From positions 1-60,877 of the forward strand of contig CACKTH010000001.1 of the NCBI GenBank assembly GCA_902603045.1: a stretch of DNA of 60,877 nucleotides, given 5' to 3'. Source of the DNA: an uncultured Pelagibacteraceae bacterium (GTDB lineage Bacteria; Pseudomonadota; Alphaproteobacteria; Pelagibacterales; Pelagibacteraceae). Under the pieces are notes generated by a model. It was not told the DNA's origin. It searched no databases and worked only from the letters and a program-made list of their open reading frames with translations. The position numbers were made by a program, and so were the translations under genes. Positions 18,424 to 28,121 of the stretch are shown here, piece after piece; within the stretch, counting starts at the first letter, position 1; every line of letters begins with the position of its first letter.

Positions 18424-19445
18424 CAATTTAATCCTTCGTCAGACTTATATCCAAATAAAATATTCATATTTTGAACAGCCTGTCCACTACCACCCTTAAT
18501 CAAATTATCTATTGCTGACAATATAATAATTTTATTCTTATATTTACTTTCACACACAGAAATATAACAGTTATTTGTGTTTATTACTTCATTAGTTCCT
18601 AAAAAAGTATTTGGTTTCAAAATTTTAATGAATTTATGATTTTTATAATATTTTTTTAGAAAAGAATAAATTTTATTAAGAGAATCATTTGTTTTTAGAT
18701 CTAAATACATAGTAGTTAATATTCCTCTAAACATTGGTGAAAGATGAGGTGTAAATTGAAATTTTACCTTTTTGCCAGTTTTTATTTTTAGTTCCTGATC
18801 AATTTCTGAATTGTGTCTGTGAAACGCTAAACCATAAGCACTCAATGTCTCATTTAAAAATTTGTTGTTATATTTTTTATGAATATTTCTGCCTGCACCT
18901 GAATAACCAGATTTAGAATCTATTATAATATTGTTTGATTTAACAATATTTTTATTAATTAGTGGCACCAAGGGTAATAAAATTGATGTTGGATAACAGC
19001 CTGGACAAGAAATTATTTTATATTTCTTAATACTTTTATTATTTAACTCAGGTAAAGAATAAATACTTTTTTTGATTAATTTAGGAGCATTGTGTTTGAT
19101 TTTATACCATTTAAAGTAATCACTAGTTGATTTAAGTCTAAAATCTGCTGCTAAATCTATTAAAATATTTTTATTATTTAAATTTTTTGAAATTTTTTGA
19201 GCCTCTCCATTGGGTAATGCAGTAAATACAACATCAACACTTTTTAATAACTCTTTATTAAATTTAACAATATTTGGTAGTTTATATTTATTAAAGTATT
19301 TATCATAAGAGCTAATTTTCTTACCTACAGAGGTATCACCACAAAGATATTTAATTTTAACTCTCTTATGTTTAGTTAATAATTTAACCAATTGAATACC
19401 TATGTATCCTGTGGCTCCAGCAACTAATGCATTTATCTTAGACAT
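18423..19445 (-). CDS. argC: N-acetyl-gamma-glutamyl-phosphate reductase
   Basis: GATGYIG, PGCYPT, SGYSGAG, DNLIKGGSGQAVQN. Confidence 0.96.
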   Translation of the reverse strand: MSKINALVAGATGYIGIQLVKLLTKHKRVKIKYLCGDTSVGKKISSYDKYFNKYKLPNIVKFNKELLKSVDVVFTALPNGEAQKISKNLNNKNILIDLAADFRLKSTSDYFKWYKIKHNAPKLIKKSIYSLPELNNKSIKKYKIISCPGCYPTSILLPLVPLINKNIVKSNNIIIDSKSGYSGAGRNIHKKYNNKFLNETLSAYGLAFHRHNSEIDQELKIKTGKKVKFQFTPHLSPMFRGILTTMYLDLKTNDSLNKIYSFLKKYYKNHKFIKILKPNTFLGTNEVINTNNCYISVCESKYKNKIIILSAIDNLIKGGSGQAVQNMNILFGYKSDEGLN

Positions 19446-19478
19446 ATTGTAATATAACAGTTGTTTATTAAAATGATA

Positions 19479-19910
19479 TTATCTTTTAGAAAACTGATAA
19501 CTTCTTCTTGCTTTTGCTCGACCAGGTTTTTTTCTCTCGACTGATCTTGAGTCTCTCGTCGTAAGTTTTTCTTTTCTAAGTGTAGGTTTTAGATTTTCAT
19601 CAAATTGTAATAGTGCTCTTGATATACCATGTACTAATGCACCAGCTTGACCTGTATGTCCACCACCAACAACTTGGGATCTAACATCGTATTCTGTAGA
19701 TTGATTGATAATCTCAAAAGGTCTTAGTATTTGCATTTTATGTGTAGCTCTTTTGAAATAATCATCTAGACTTTTTCCATTAACATAAAATTTACCAGTC
19801 CCTTTTTTTAACCAAACTTTCGCAATTGAAGTCTTTCTTCTTCCTGTTGCATATTTAGAATCTTTAAAATCTAATTTTATTTTTGAGGATATAGATTGAT
19901 TTGTTTCCAT
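19479..19910 (-). CDS. rpsI: 30S ribosomal protein S9
   Basis: ATGRRKTS, GGG.TGQAGA, ERKKPG..KAR...QFSKR. Confidence 0.97.
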   Translation of the reverse strand: METNQSISSKIKLDFKDSKYATGRRKTSIAKVWLKKGTGKFYVNGKSLDDYFKRATHKMQILRPFEIINQSTEYDVRSQVVGGGHTGQAGALVHGISRALLQFDENLKPTLRKEKLTTRDSRSVERKKPGRAKARRSYQFSKR

Positions 19911-19911
19911 T

Positions 19912-20370
19912 TTAATTTCTAACTATATTTTTTGAATTGAGTTTTCCAATCTCTATTACTACAGGGTTTTGTGCTGAGTGAGGATGATCTGATCCTGAAT
20001 AAACCTTAAGTTTAGTTAATTGTTTTTTAGCTAAAGGACCGCCAGGTAACATTCTTTTTACTGCCATTTTTAAAACTTCGCCTGGTTTTGAAGATTGTAA
20101 TATTTCAGGAGTTGTTTCTTTTATTCCACCAGGGTGACCTGTGTGTCTATAATATTTTTTGTTTGAAAACTTATTCCCTGTAAATTTTAATTGATCTACG
20201 TTTTTAACAACAACAAAATCTCCACTATCCATATGAGGAGTAAATGTTGCTTTATTTTTTCCTCTAAGAATTTTTGATACAACAGTTGCTAGTCTTCCTA
20301 CCACAGCTCCAGTTGCGTCAATTTCAAACCATTTACTGTTTAGGTCATCTTTTTTAAGAAATTTAGTCAT
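19912..20370 (-). CDS. rplM: 50S ribosomal protein L13
   Basis: W..IDA, GRLA, FTPH.D.GD, HTGHPGG; true start ATG 20370. Confidence 0.97.
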   Translation of the reverse strand: MTKFLKKDDLNSKWFEIDATGAVVGRLATVVSKILRGKNKATFTPHMDSGDFVVVKNVDQLKFTGNKFSNKKYYRHTGHPGGIKETTPEILQSSKPGEVLKMAVKRMLPGGPLAKKQLTKLKVYSGSDHPHSAQNPVVIEIGKLNSKNIVRN

Positions 20371-20380
20371 AATTGCGGGA

Positions 20381-20409
20381 TTAATACTTATAAATCGATA
20401 TATTGTCAA
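20381..20409 (-). promoter_or_regulatory. Sigma70-type promoter of rplM-rpsI
   Basis: Minus strand TTGACA (20409-20404), 17 bp, TATTAA (20386-20381). Confidence 0.6.
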
Positions 20410-20526
20410 ACGATATACAGTTAGAACTTAAGTCATTTTTGATAGTTTTAACTAATAAATAAGCTATAAATAAGCGATAATATTTGTTTATAATAAAACC
20501 TTAAAAATTTTAACAGGAGCAACAAA

Positions 20527-21858
20527 ATGTCAGATAAAAAAAAAGGAATGGATCCACAAACATATAAATTTGATACCCTTAGTTTACATGCGGGTTATCA
20601 ACCTCACAAAAATGCTGGTTCAAGACAGGTGCCAATATACCAAACAACTTCATATCTATTTGATGATGTAGATCATGCGGCAGCATTATTTAATTTAGAA
20701 AGAGGTGGACATATTTATAGTAGGATATCAAATCCAACAGTTGCCGTTTTAGAAGAAAGAGTTGCTTCATTAGAAGGTGGAACGGCAGCACTTGCTACTT
20801 CGTCTGGCATGAGTGCAATATTTCTTGCAGTAATGACACTTTGCGAAGCAGGAGATCATTTGGTTGTATCATCCCAACTTTATGGTGGAACTGTAAATCT
20901 ATTTAGACTAACACTTCCAAAATTTGGTATTAAAACAACTTTTGTAAAACCAAGAGATACAGAGGGATTTAAAAAAGCAATTCAAAAAAATACAAAAGGT
21001 ATTTTTGGGGAACTTGTAGGTAATCCAGGTAATGAAATAATGAATATGCCTGAGATTGCTAAAATAGCTCACGACGCTGGTATTCCTTTAATGGTAGACG
21101 CAACTTATCAAACACCTTATTTATGTAAACCTATAGAGCACGGTGCTGACATTGTAGTTCATTCACTTACTAAATGGATGGCAGGTCATGGATCTTCAAT
21201 GGCTGGTATAATTGTTGAAGGTGGTAAGTTTGACTGGATGCAAAATGATAAATTCCCAACAATGACTCAGCCTTATGAAGGTTATCATGGATTATCTTTT
21301 GCTGAAGAATTTGGACCAACAGCTTTTACAATGAAAGCAAGAGCAGAAGGTATGAGAGATTTTGGTCCTTGTCTAAGCCCTCAAAATGCATGGAATGTAT
21401 TACAAGGTATAGAGACTCTTTCTGTCAGAATGAAAAAACATTGCGAGAATGCTGAAAAAATGGTCGAGTATTTATTAGGTCACGAAAGTGTTGCTTGGGT
21501 TTCACATCCGAGTGTTCCAGATCATCCTGATCATGATTTAGCAAGCAAATTATTACCAAATGGCAAAGGATCAATGATAGCATTTGGAATTAAAGGAGGA
21601 AAAGCTGCAGGTGAAGCATTTATTAATAACGTTAAACTTGCTTCTCATTTAGCAAATGTTGGAGATACACGAACATTGGTAATTCATCCAGCATCAGCAA
21701 CACATTCTCAAATGGATGAAGCTACTTTAAAATTTGCTGGTTTATCTCATGATATGATCAGATTATCGGTCGGTATTGAAGATATAGATGATATTAAAAA
21801 TGACTTTGAAAATGGATTTAGAGCTGCTAGGAAACCTAGACTCGTATCCAATCAATGA
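20527..21858 (+). CDS. metY: O-acetylhomoserine sulfhydrylase
   Basis: PIYQTTSY, YSRISNPT, SSGMSA, HSLTK (PLP lysine), LANVGD, IRLSVGIE; AGGAG RBS. Confidence 0.92.
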   Translation: MSDKKKGMDPQTYKFDTLSLHAGYQPHKNAGSRQVPIYQTTSYLFDDVDHAAALFNLERGGHIYSRISNPTVAVLEERVASLEGGTAALATSSGMSAIFLAVMTLCEAGDHLVVSSQLYGGTVNLFRLTLPKFGIKTTFVKPRDTEGFKKAIQKNTKGIFGELVGNPGNEIMNMPEIAKIAHDAGIPLMVDATYQTPYLCKPIEHGADIVVHSLTKWMAGHGSSMAGIIVEGGKFDWMQNDKFPTMTQPYEGYHGLSFAEEFGPTAFTMKARAEGMRDFGPCLSPQNAWNVLQGIETLSVRMKKHCENAEKMVEYLLGHESVAWVSHPSVPDHPDHDLASKLLPNGKGSMIAFGIKGGKAAGEAFINNVKLASHLANVGDTRTLVIHPASATHSQMDEATLKFAGLSHDMIRLSVGIEDIDDIKNDFENGFRAARKPRLVSNQ

Positions 21859-22667
21859 AGTTTCAGGTAAATAATAATGAGGTTTATGCTTCTACAGGAG
21901 GTAGACCTTTCGATAAGAATAAGCCATTAATAATATTTGTTCATGGTAGTGGATTAACTCATATGACATGGGTTTTGCAAACAAGATATTTTGCATTCCA
22001 TGGATATAGTGTTTTAGCATTAGATATGCCAGGTCATGGATTATCAGGGGGCGAAAGTTTAAAATCAATTGAAGAAATGGCTGATTGGGTAAGCGATGTT
22101 ATTGATGCAGTTGGATATAAAGAAGCTTCGTTAGTTGGTCATTCACAAGGATGTTTGGTTACAGTTGAGTGCACATCAAGGAATCCTGATAAAATAAAAA
22201 CTTTAAGTTTAATGGGTGGAGCTGGAGCGATTCCTATGAACCCTGAATTATTATCTTTAGCAGAAAACAACGATCCTAAGGCTGTAGAATTAATGATGGA
22301 CTGGGCTCACGGTCCAGCAGGTCACTTTGGTGGTCATCCTGTGCCAGGTTTGTATCATATTAATACCGGTTCAATGTTAGCCAAAACCAGAACAATAAAG
22401 AATACCCTCGGTGTAGATTTCAGAGCATGTGATAACTATAAAAATGGTTTTGAGGCTGCTAAACAAATTAAGATACCTACCCTTTCTATACTTGCTACTG
22501 ACGATAAGATGTGTCCAGTAAAAGAAGGAAAAAAATTAGCTAATTTAATTGACGGGAGCCAAATTGATATTATTGATAACTGTGGACATATGATGTTGTT
22601 AGAGGAAGCAGATCGAGTATTAAATGTTTTGAAAAAATTCATAACAACAAATTATCCAGCAAATTAG
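21855..22667 (+). CDS. Alpha/beta hydrolase
   Basis: FVHGSG, DMPGHGLS, GHSQG nucleophile elbow, GHMM; ATGA overlap with metY. Confidence 0.9.
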   Translation: MKFQVNNNEVYASTGGRPFDKNKPLIIFVHGSGLTHMTWVLQTRYFAFHGYSVLALDMPGHGLSGGESLKSIEEMADWVSDVIDAVGYKEASLVGHSQGCLVTVECTSRNPDKIKTLSLMGGAGAIPMNPELLSLAENNDPKAVELMMDWAHGPAGHFGGHPVPGLYHINTGSMLAKTRTIKNTLGVDFRACDNYKNGFEAAKQIKIPTLSILATDDKMCPVKEGKKLANLIDGSQIDIIDNCGHMMLLEEADRVLNVLKKFITTNYPAN

Positions 22668-22686
22668 TAATTTCAAATTCGTATTT

Positions 22687-23796
22687 ATGAAAAAAAATTT
22701 TAGATTTTTTGATAATAGACAAAAATATTTACTTTTTGTCACAACAACTAACGAAAAAAATAAGATTGCTGATGCGTTAAAACCTATTGTTCAAAAATTA
22801 AAACCAAAATTTCCAGCATTAAAAATATTTGATGCAGGTATGGGTGATGGATCATTATTGATGAGTATAATGAGGCAATGTCATCAAAAAATGCCTCAAA
22901 TTCCTCTACTTGTAAGCACAAAGGAAATAAGTATGGAAGATGTTAGATTAGGGCTGGAAAAACTTCCGGATCGATTTGTCGAACATAAAAATACAGTATT
23001 TGTTATTTCAAATTTAAATTATGTTGAGTCAACCGCGCTCAAATCAAATGACAAAAAAAAACAAAAAAAAATGAATTGGAAGATAGTTAAGCTAAAAGGT
23101 AATTCTTCATTAGATTTTTCAAATCAATTGAGAATACTTAATCAAGAATTTTTGAGTAAAAAATGGCAAATAGAGAGAAACCCAAAAAATGGAAATCCAA
23201 CTTACAGAGAACCATCAGTAATTGTTATTTATAGAAAAGACCAGGAATTTTCGTTGAAAAATGTTATTCCAAAAAAAAATAATGGGAAAAATAGTTACGA
23301 CTTAATCATTGCATCTCAACCTTATAGATCAAGAATATCTGCAGAGAAAAAAGTAAAGTATGTTATTGACCCAATGATCAAATCATTAGATAAGAAAGGT
23401 AAGTTAGTGGTGGTTCATGCATGCGGAAATGATCCAGGAAATAAAATTATTAAGAAAATCTGGCCAAAAGAAAAACCATTCCCTTCACTATACAGATCAA
23501 TAATAAAATATATAAAAAGTAATACTGACAAGGAAATCTTAAAAAAATTAAAATTTAATAAAAAAAAAAATATTAAATACGTTTTGAGAGCACTACCGAA
23601 TGAAATTAGTGGAGGTATTGCAACTTCATTAATATTTTCAGCATGGAATGCAGCTGTATACGTTAACCAAATATCAGATGAACAAATATTGAACGCGGAA
23701 CGAAAAAAATATTACCAAAAAGTTGTAAAAGATATAGTCAATAAAAATAAAGGTTTATATTTTAATAATGAACTATTTGTAATTGAAAAAAAATAA
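22687..23796 (+). CDS. Hypothetical protein with SAM-dependent methyltransferase-like motif
   Basis: 369-aa ORF; IFDAGMGDG resembles class I motif I; YDLIIASQ resembles a later strand motif. Confidence 0.6.
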   Translation: MKKNFRFFDNRQKYLLFVTTTNEKNKIADALKPIVQKLKPKFPALKIFDAGMGDGSLLMSIMRQCHQKMPQIPLLVSTKEISMEDVRLGLEKLPDRFVEHKNTVFVISNLNYVESTALKSNDKKKQKKMNWKIVKLKGNSSLDFSNQLRILNQEFLSKKWQIERNPKNGNPTYREPSVIVIYRKDQEFSLKNVIPKKNNGKNSYDLIIASQPYRSRISAEKKVKYVIDPMIKSLDKKGKLVVVHACGNDPGNKIIKKIWPKEKPFPSLYRSIIKYIKSNTDKEILKKLKFNKKKNIKYVLRALPNEISGGIATSLIFSAWNAAVYVNQISDEQILNAERKKYYQKVVKDIVNKNKGLYFNNELFVIEKK

Positions 23797-24813
23797 TCAA
23801 CTGAACCTATTCTTGTATAAAAAAAACAATGATGATGTAATTAATAATATTGAACTAAACTGATGTAAGGAAGCTGTTAAAATACTAGCACCAGATAGAA
23901 CGGTAAGAATTCCCAATATAATTTGTAATAAAATAATTAATCCTAAAATAATTACTGGTTTATACAAATAATAAAATTTATCACGGTAAGTTATATATGA
24001 AATAACTAAATATATAATAAATATTAAATAGGCCAAATTTCGATGCAAATATTGAACTAACGACGGATCACTAAAAGCAGATAATTTAAATAAAGCTATA
24101 AATTTATTATCATCTGGAAAATAAGAATTACCCATCAATGGCCAGGTGTTATATATCTTTCCTGCATCCATACCAGAAACAAATGCGCCAATAATAATTT
24201 GTAAGAAAATTAATAATAAAAAAAATTCAGGTATATAATTATTAATTTTTTTATCTTTGTTATTAAAATTTACTAAACTTAAATAATTCCAAAAAATTAA
24301 TGATAAAATTATAAATGCAAATAAAAGGTGTATAGACAATCTGAAGTGACTCACATCTATATTATTTACAAGTCCACTCTGCACCATATACCATCCTAAA
24401 AAACCCTGAAAACATATTAAAAAAAATATCAGGTAAAAATTATAAAGTTTTTTAATACTTAATTTAATTGTGAAAAAAATTAAAGGTACAAGAAAAGCTA
24501 ATCCAATTACACGACCAAAAAATCTGTGTGCCCATTCCCACCAAAAAATTACTTTGAATTCATTTAAGGTCATCGAATTATTTTGGAATTTAAATTCAGG
24601 TATTTGCTTATATGCCTCAAAATATGCCAACCAGGAATCATTTTTGATTGGTGGAAGAAAACCTTTGAAAAATTCCCATTCAGTGATTGATAGACCAGAG
24701 TCTGTAAGTCTTGTTAGGCCTCCAAGAACGATCATTGCTGAGACTAAAAAAAACATAAATAACAACCAATTAGATATGTAAATTTTCAATTTTGTATTAA
24801 TTTCGGTGTACAT
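23797..24813 (-). CDS. ctaA: Heme A synthase (COX15/CtaA)
   Basis: GGLTRLTDSGLSITEW, WWEWAHR, GWYMV.SG, RL..HL, HR, LHQ. Confidence 0.94.
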   Translation of the reverse strand: MYTEINTKLKIYISNWLLFMFFLVSAMIVLGGLTRLTDSGLSITEWEFFKGFLPPIKNDSWLAYFEAYKQIPEFKFQNNSMTLNEFKVIFWWEWAHRFFGRVIGLAFLVPLIFFTIKLSIKKLYNFYLIFFLICFQGFLGWYMVQSGLVNNIDVSHFRLSIHLLFAFIILSLIFWNYLSLVNFNNKDKKINNYIPEFFLLLIFLQIIIGAFVSGMDAGKIYNTWPLMGNSYFPDDNKFIALFKLSAFSDPSLVQYLHRNLAYLIFIIYLVISYITYRDKFYYLYKPVIILGLIILLQIILGILTVLSGASILTASLHQFSSILLITSSLFFLYKNRFS

Positions 24814-24856
24814 AATAGTTTAAATATAATATTTATTTATAATTCCAATTGTTCAA

Positions 24857-25147
24857 ATGTCGCCTGATAAAAAAAAAAAATTAAATATATTAAGAAAAAA
24901 ATTAGATCTTATTGATAATAAACTTATTAGTCTCATTAAAATAAGAACAAATATAGTCAAAGATGTTCTGAAACTTAAAACTTATAAACATGAAATTGTA
25001 GATAAAAAAAGAATATCAATAATTCTTAAAAATATTAAAAAGAAATCAATTAAAAATAAAATTGATCCAAAAATAACAAATCGTATATGGAAAAATATGA
25101 TTTTATCATATATCGATTTTGAGAGAAGGAATTTTAAAAAAAAGTAA
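24857..25147 (+). CDS. Chorismate mutase type II
   Basis: L..LR..LD.ID..L..L...R, VD..R. Confidence 0.8.
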   Translation: MSPDKKKKLNILRKKLDLIDNKLISLIKIRTNIVKDVLKLKTYKHEIVDKKRISIILKNIKKKSIKNKIDPKITNRIWKNMILSYIDFERRNFKKK

Positions 25148-25148
25148 T

Positions 25149-25340
25149 TTATTTACTATGAGGAGGAAGTTTCTTTTCAACAAAAACTTCGTGTTTTCTA
25201 GTTGCTGGATTATATTTTTTAGCTTTTAATTTAATCTTTGCCTTCTCGCCTCCAGCAGGTTTTTTAACATAATAAAAAAAAGGACTATCTGGTTTCTCTT
25301 CTGGAACTAATCTTACCTTAACATGAGTTTTTTTAGCCAT
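25149..25340 (-). CDS. rpmG: 50S ribosomal protein L33 (Cys-free type)
   Basis: MAKK...VRLV, Y..KK, KKYNP..RKH..F.EKK. Confidence 0.9.
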   Translation of the reverse strand: MAKKTHVKVRLVPEEKPDSPFFYYVKKPAGGEKAKIKLKAKKYNPATRKHEVFVEKKLPPHSK

Positions 25341-25701
25341 TTGTTTTAATTTTTTTAATTAACCTTGATATATTATTTAACTTAGTTTTTATAATTTTTG
25401 CTTTTATAGATTTATTATCATGTACGTCAAGTTGAGAATTAGCATTATTTAGATATTTTTTTACACCTTTTATGGTCATGCCTTTGGTTTTAAGAAGAAA
25501 TTGTATTTTTTTTAAAATCTCAATTGATGTATTGTCATAATATCTTCTTTTTCCTGCAAAAATACGTGGTTTAATTTGCTTAAACTCTTTCTCCCAAAAT
25601 CTTATTGTATGAGTAGATAATTTGCCAGTTTTTTTATCTATTAGATTAAGAATTTTTGCTACATCACTTATAGTTTTATATGTTTTATTATTTTCATTCA
25701 T
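25333..25701 (-). CDS. MerR family HTH regulator
   Basis: YKTISDVA, H.IRFWEKEF.QIKP, RRYY, G.TIKGV; follows ihfA as in alphaproteobacteria. Confidence 0.88.
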   Translation of the reverse strand: MNENNKTYKTISDVAKILNLIDKKTGKLSTHTIRFWEKEFKQIKPRIFAGKRRYYDNTSIEILKKIQFLLKTKGMTIKGVKKYLNNANSQLDVHDNKSIKAKIIKTKLNNISRLIKKIKTNG

Positions 25702-25987
25702 CGGTATTTATAAAAGTTTTTAGATCTTTTGACGCTTTAAATAAAATAACATTTCTTTCATTAATAATTTTTTTCTCTAATGTTTTAGGATTTCTTCCGA
25801 TTCTACTTCTTTTATATCTTAATATAAAAGTTCCAAATTTAGCAATTTTAACTTTTTTATAAATTATAATTTCATTTAAAAGAATATGAAGAAAATCTTC
25901 AAATATAATTTCTGAAATTTTTTTTGAAAAACCTAACTGCATATAAATTGAGTTAATTATTTCTTTTTTTGTTAAGTTAATTCTCAT
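25694..25987 (-). CDS. ihfA: Integration host factor alpha / HU family protein
   Basis: LTKKEI, VKI..FGTF, R.GRNPKT, FKAS; ATG 25987. Confidence 0.88.
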   Translation of the reverse strand: MRINLTKKEIINSIYMQLGFSKKISEIIFEDFLHILLNEIIIYKKVKIAKFGTFILRYKRSRIGRNPKTLEKKIINERNVILFKASKDLKTFINTDE

Positions 25988-26994
25988 CAAATTATATTTT
26001 TTTTAATTTTTTCTATCAATTTTCCTTTTATTATTTTTTCACTAACTTTTAATGAATTGGCAAAACCTATTTCATCAGTTGATCCATGACTCTTTATCAC
26101 TGGCTTGTCTAAACCTAGTAAAATAGCACCATTATATAATCTTGGATCTAGTTTATTTTTAAATTTTTTTAAGTTTTTAATATTTAATAGTGCTGATAAT
26201 TTACCTAATAAAGATGAATTCATCGTCTTTTTAAGTTCTGAGGTAATAAAATTTGCTGTACCTTCTGCAGTTTTAAGTGCTACATTTCCAGTGAAACCAT
26301 CAGTAACAATAACATTAACATCACCATCCATAATTTTATTTCCTTCAATATATCCTTTAAATTCAAATAAAGAATTTTTTTTTTCATTTAGTATTTGATA
26401 GGTATTTTTGATTACATTATTTCCTTTTAATTCTTCAGATCCAATATTTAATAAAGCGACCTTTGACATTTCATTTTCAAACAATGATTTATGTAAGGCT
26501 GATCCCATTAAACTAAAATCAACTAGATTTTTTTCATTGCATTCAATATTAGCGCCTAAGTCTAAAACTACATTCATACCAATTTTGTTAGGCCATAATG
26601 CTGAAAGTGCCGGTTTTTCAATCCTTTCAATCATTTTTAAATTAAGTTTTGCTATTACAAATAATGCTCCAGTATTTCCAGCGGAGACAATTGCGTCTGA
26701 TGCTTGATTTTTTAAACTTTCTACTGCTAACCACATGCTGCTATTTTTACCTTTTTTTGCTGCAGTCAAAGGACTATCAGTGTCTTTAATATAATTTTCC
26801 GTGTGTGTAATATTATAAATTTTACTTTTGATCTTAGACTTTTTTAAAAGTGGCTCAATAATTTTTTGATCACCATAAATATTATAATTAATATTATTAG
26901 TATTAGAACTGTGGATTTCAATTCCTTTTATAACTTTATATGGAGAATTTTCACCACCCATTGCATCAATTGCAATATTTATTGGGTTGCTCAT
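25987..26994 (-). CDS. plsX: Phosphate acyltransferase PlsX
   Basis: AIDAMGGE, SAGNTGA, DLGAN, DGFTGNVALKT.EG, KSHG. Confidence 0.96.
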   Translation of the reverse strand: MSNPINIAIDAMGGENSPYKVIKGIEIHSSNTNNINYNIYGDQKIIEPLLKKSKIKSKIYNITHTENYIKDTDSPLTAAKKGKNSSMWLAVESLKNQASDAIVSAGNTGALFVIAKLNLKMIERIEKPALSALWPNKIGMNVVLDLGANIECNEKNLVDFSLMGSALHKSLFENEMSKVALLNIGSEELKGNNVIKNTYQILNEKKNSLFEFKGYIEGNKIMDGDVNVIVTDGFTGNVALKTAEGTANFITSELKKTMNSSLLGKLSALLNIKNLKKFKNKLDPRLYNGAILLGLDKPVIKSHGSTDEIGFANSLKVSEKIIKGKLIEKIKKNII

Positions 26995-27001
26995 AATCAA
27001 T

Positions 27002-27181
27002 TTACTCTTTAGGGTCTAATACCTGTCTGCCTTTATAAAAACCAGTTTTAGGATCAATATGATGTGATAATCTGTACTCACCAGATTTTTTGTCTTCAAT
27101 AATATTTTTAGTATTGTGACTCATATGTGATCTTCTTTTGCCAGCTCTGGATTTAGTTGTTTTTCGTTTTGGTACAGCCAT
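27002..27181 (-). CDS. rpmF: 50S ribosomal protein L32 (59 aa, missed by the ORF track)
   Basis: [19 protein letters not shown]...[23 protein letters not shown]. Confidence 0.95.
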   Translation of the reverse strand: MAVPKRKTTKSRAGKRRSHMSHNTKNIIEDKKSGEYRLSHHIDPKTGFYKGRQVLDPKE

Positions 27182-27189
27182 AATATAAT

Positions 27190-27654
27190 TTAAAGGCTTA
27201 ATATATCTTTTGAAAGATTTTTGAAAGTGTTTTTTGCAAGAAAATTGCTATATTTTTCAAAATATATTAAGTATTTTTCAGGATCTTTGTCTTCATTTAT
27301 ATATTTTGATAAAATTTTCTTTTTTTCTACATCTCTTAGATATTCCCATTTATCAAGTTTATCTATAATAGAAAATAATATATTGATATAATCTTTCATT
27401 TTTTTGTTAATTGTTGCATCACCATAACCTATTTCTCTAATTGATAATTCTAGTTGTTTAATACAATAGTCAAAAAATTTTTGTAAATTGTCTTTTGACT
27501 CTATATCTTTGAATGTTTTTAATAAAAAACTTAAATGAAAAAAGAATATAATCATTCGATCATAAAAGGTATCTTGATTGTTATTGTTGTATAAATTTTT
27601 ATTTCTGGTTAGTTTAATTAAATTGTTGTAAATATTTAAATAAATTTTATTCAT
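27190..27654 (-). CDS. Ubiquinol-cytochrome c chaperone (Cbp3-like)
   Basis: DTFYDR....[16 protein letters not shown]; typical divergent neighbour of bamE. Confidence 0.8.
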   Translation of the reverse strand: MNKIYLNIYNNLIKLTRNKNLYNNNNQDTFYDRMIIFFFHLSFLLKTFKDIESKDNLQKFFDYCIKQLELSIREIGYGDATINKKMKDYINILFSIIDKLDKWEYLRDVEKKKILSKYINEDKDPEKYLIYFEKYSNFLAKNTFKNLSKDILSL

Positions 27655-28111
27655 GAAATATATTTATATAATAATTTTAACTTTAATATATAGTTGTTCT
27701 GGAAATAAAGTCTCGAATTATCATGGTGCAAAATCATTAGATCATAAATTTGAGCAGATTTATATAAACGTAACAAATAAAAATGATCTAATAAAAATTA
27801 TTGGACCGCCTTCTACAATTAGTGATTTTGACCAAAATAAGTGGTTTTATTTTGAAAGACTAAAGACAAATCAATCCTTAATAAAACTTGGTACACAAAA
27901 AATAAAAAAAAATAACGTTTTGATAGTGGAATTAAATAATAATGGTATTTTAAAAAACAAAACACTATTGAACCTAGAAAATATGAATGATTTGAAATAT
28001 TTAAAAAAAACTACAGAAAAAGAATTTGAAAATAAAAATATTATGTACGATGTAATGTCTTCTCTGAGAGAAAAAATAAATGCACCATCTAGAAATAGAA
28101 AATCTAAATAA
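27653..28111 (+). CDS. bamE: Outer membrane assembly lipoprotein BamE
   Basis: Lipobox-like YSC, HG, T.K.D....IGPPS, W.Y. Confidence 0.8.
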   Translation: MKYIYIIILTLIYSCSGNKVSNYHGAKSLDHKFEQIYINVTNKNDLIKIIGPPSTISDFDQNKWFYFERLKTNQSLIKLGTQKIKKNNVLIVELNNNGILKNKTLLNLENMNDLKYLKKTTEKEFENKNIMYDVMSSLREKINAPSRNRKSK

Positions 28112-28121
28112 ATAAATTCTT

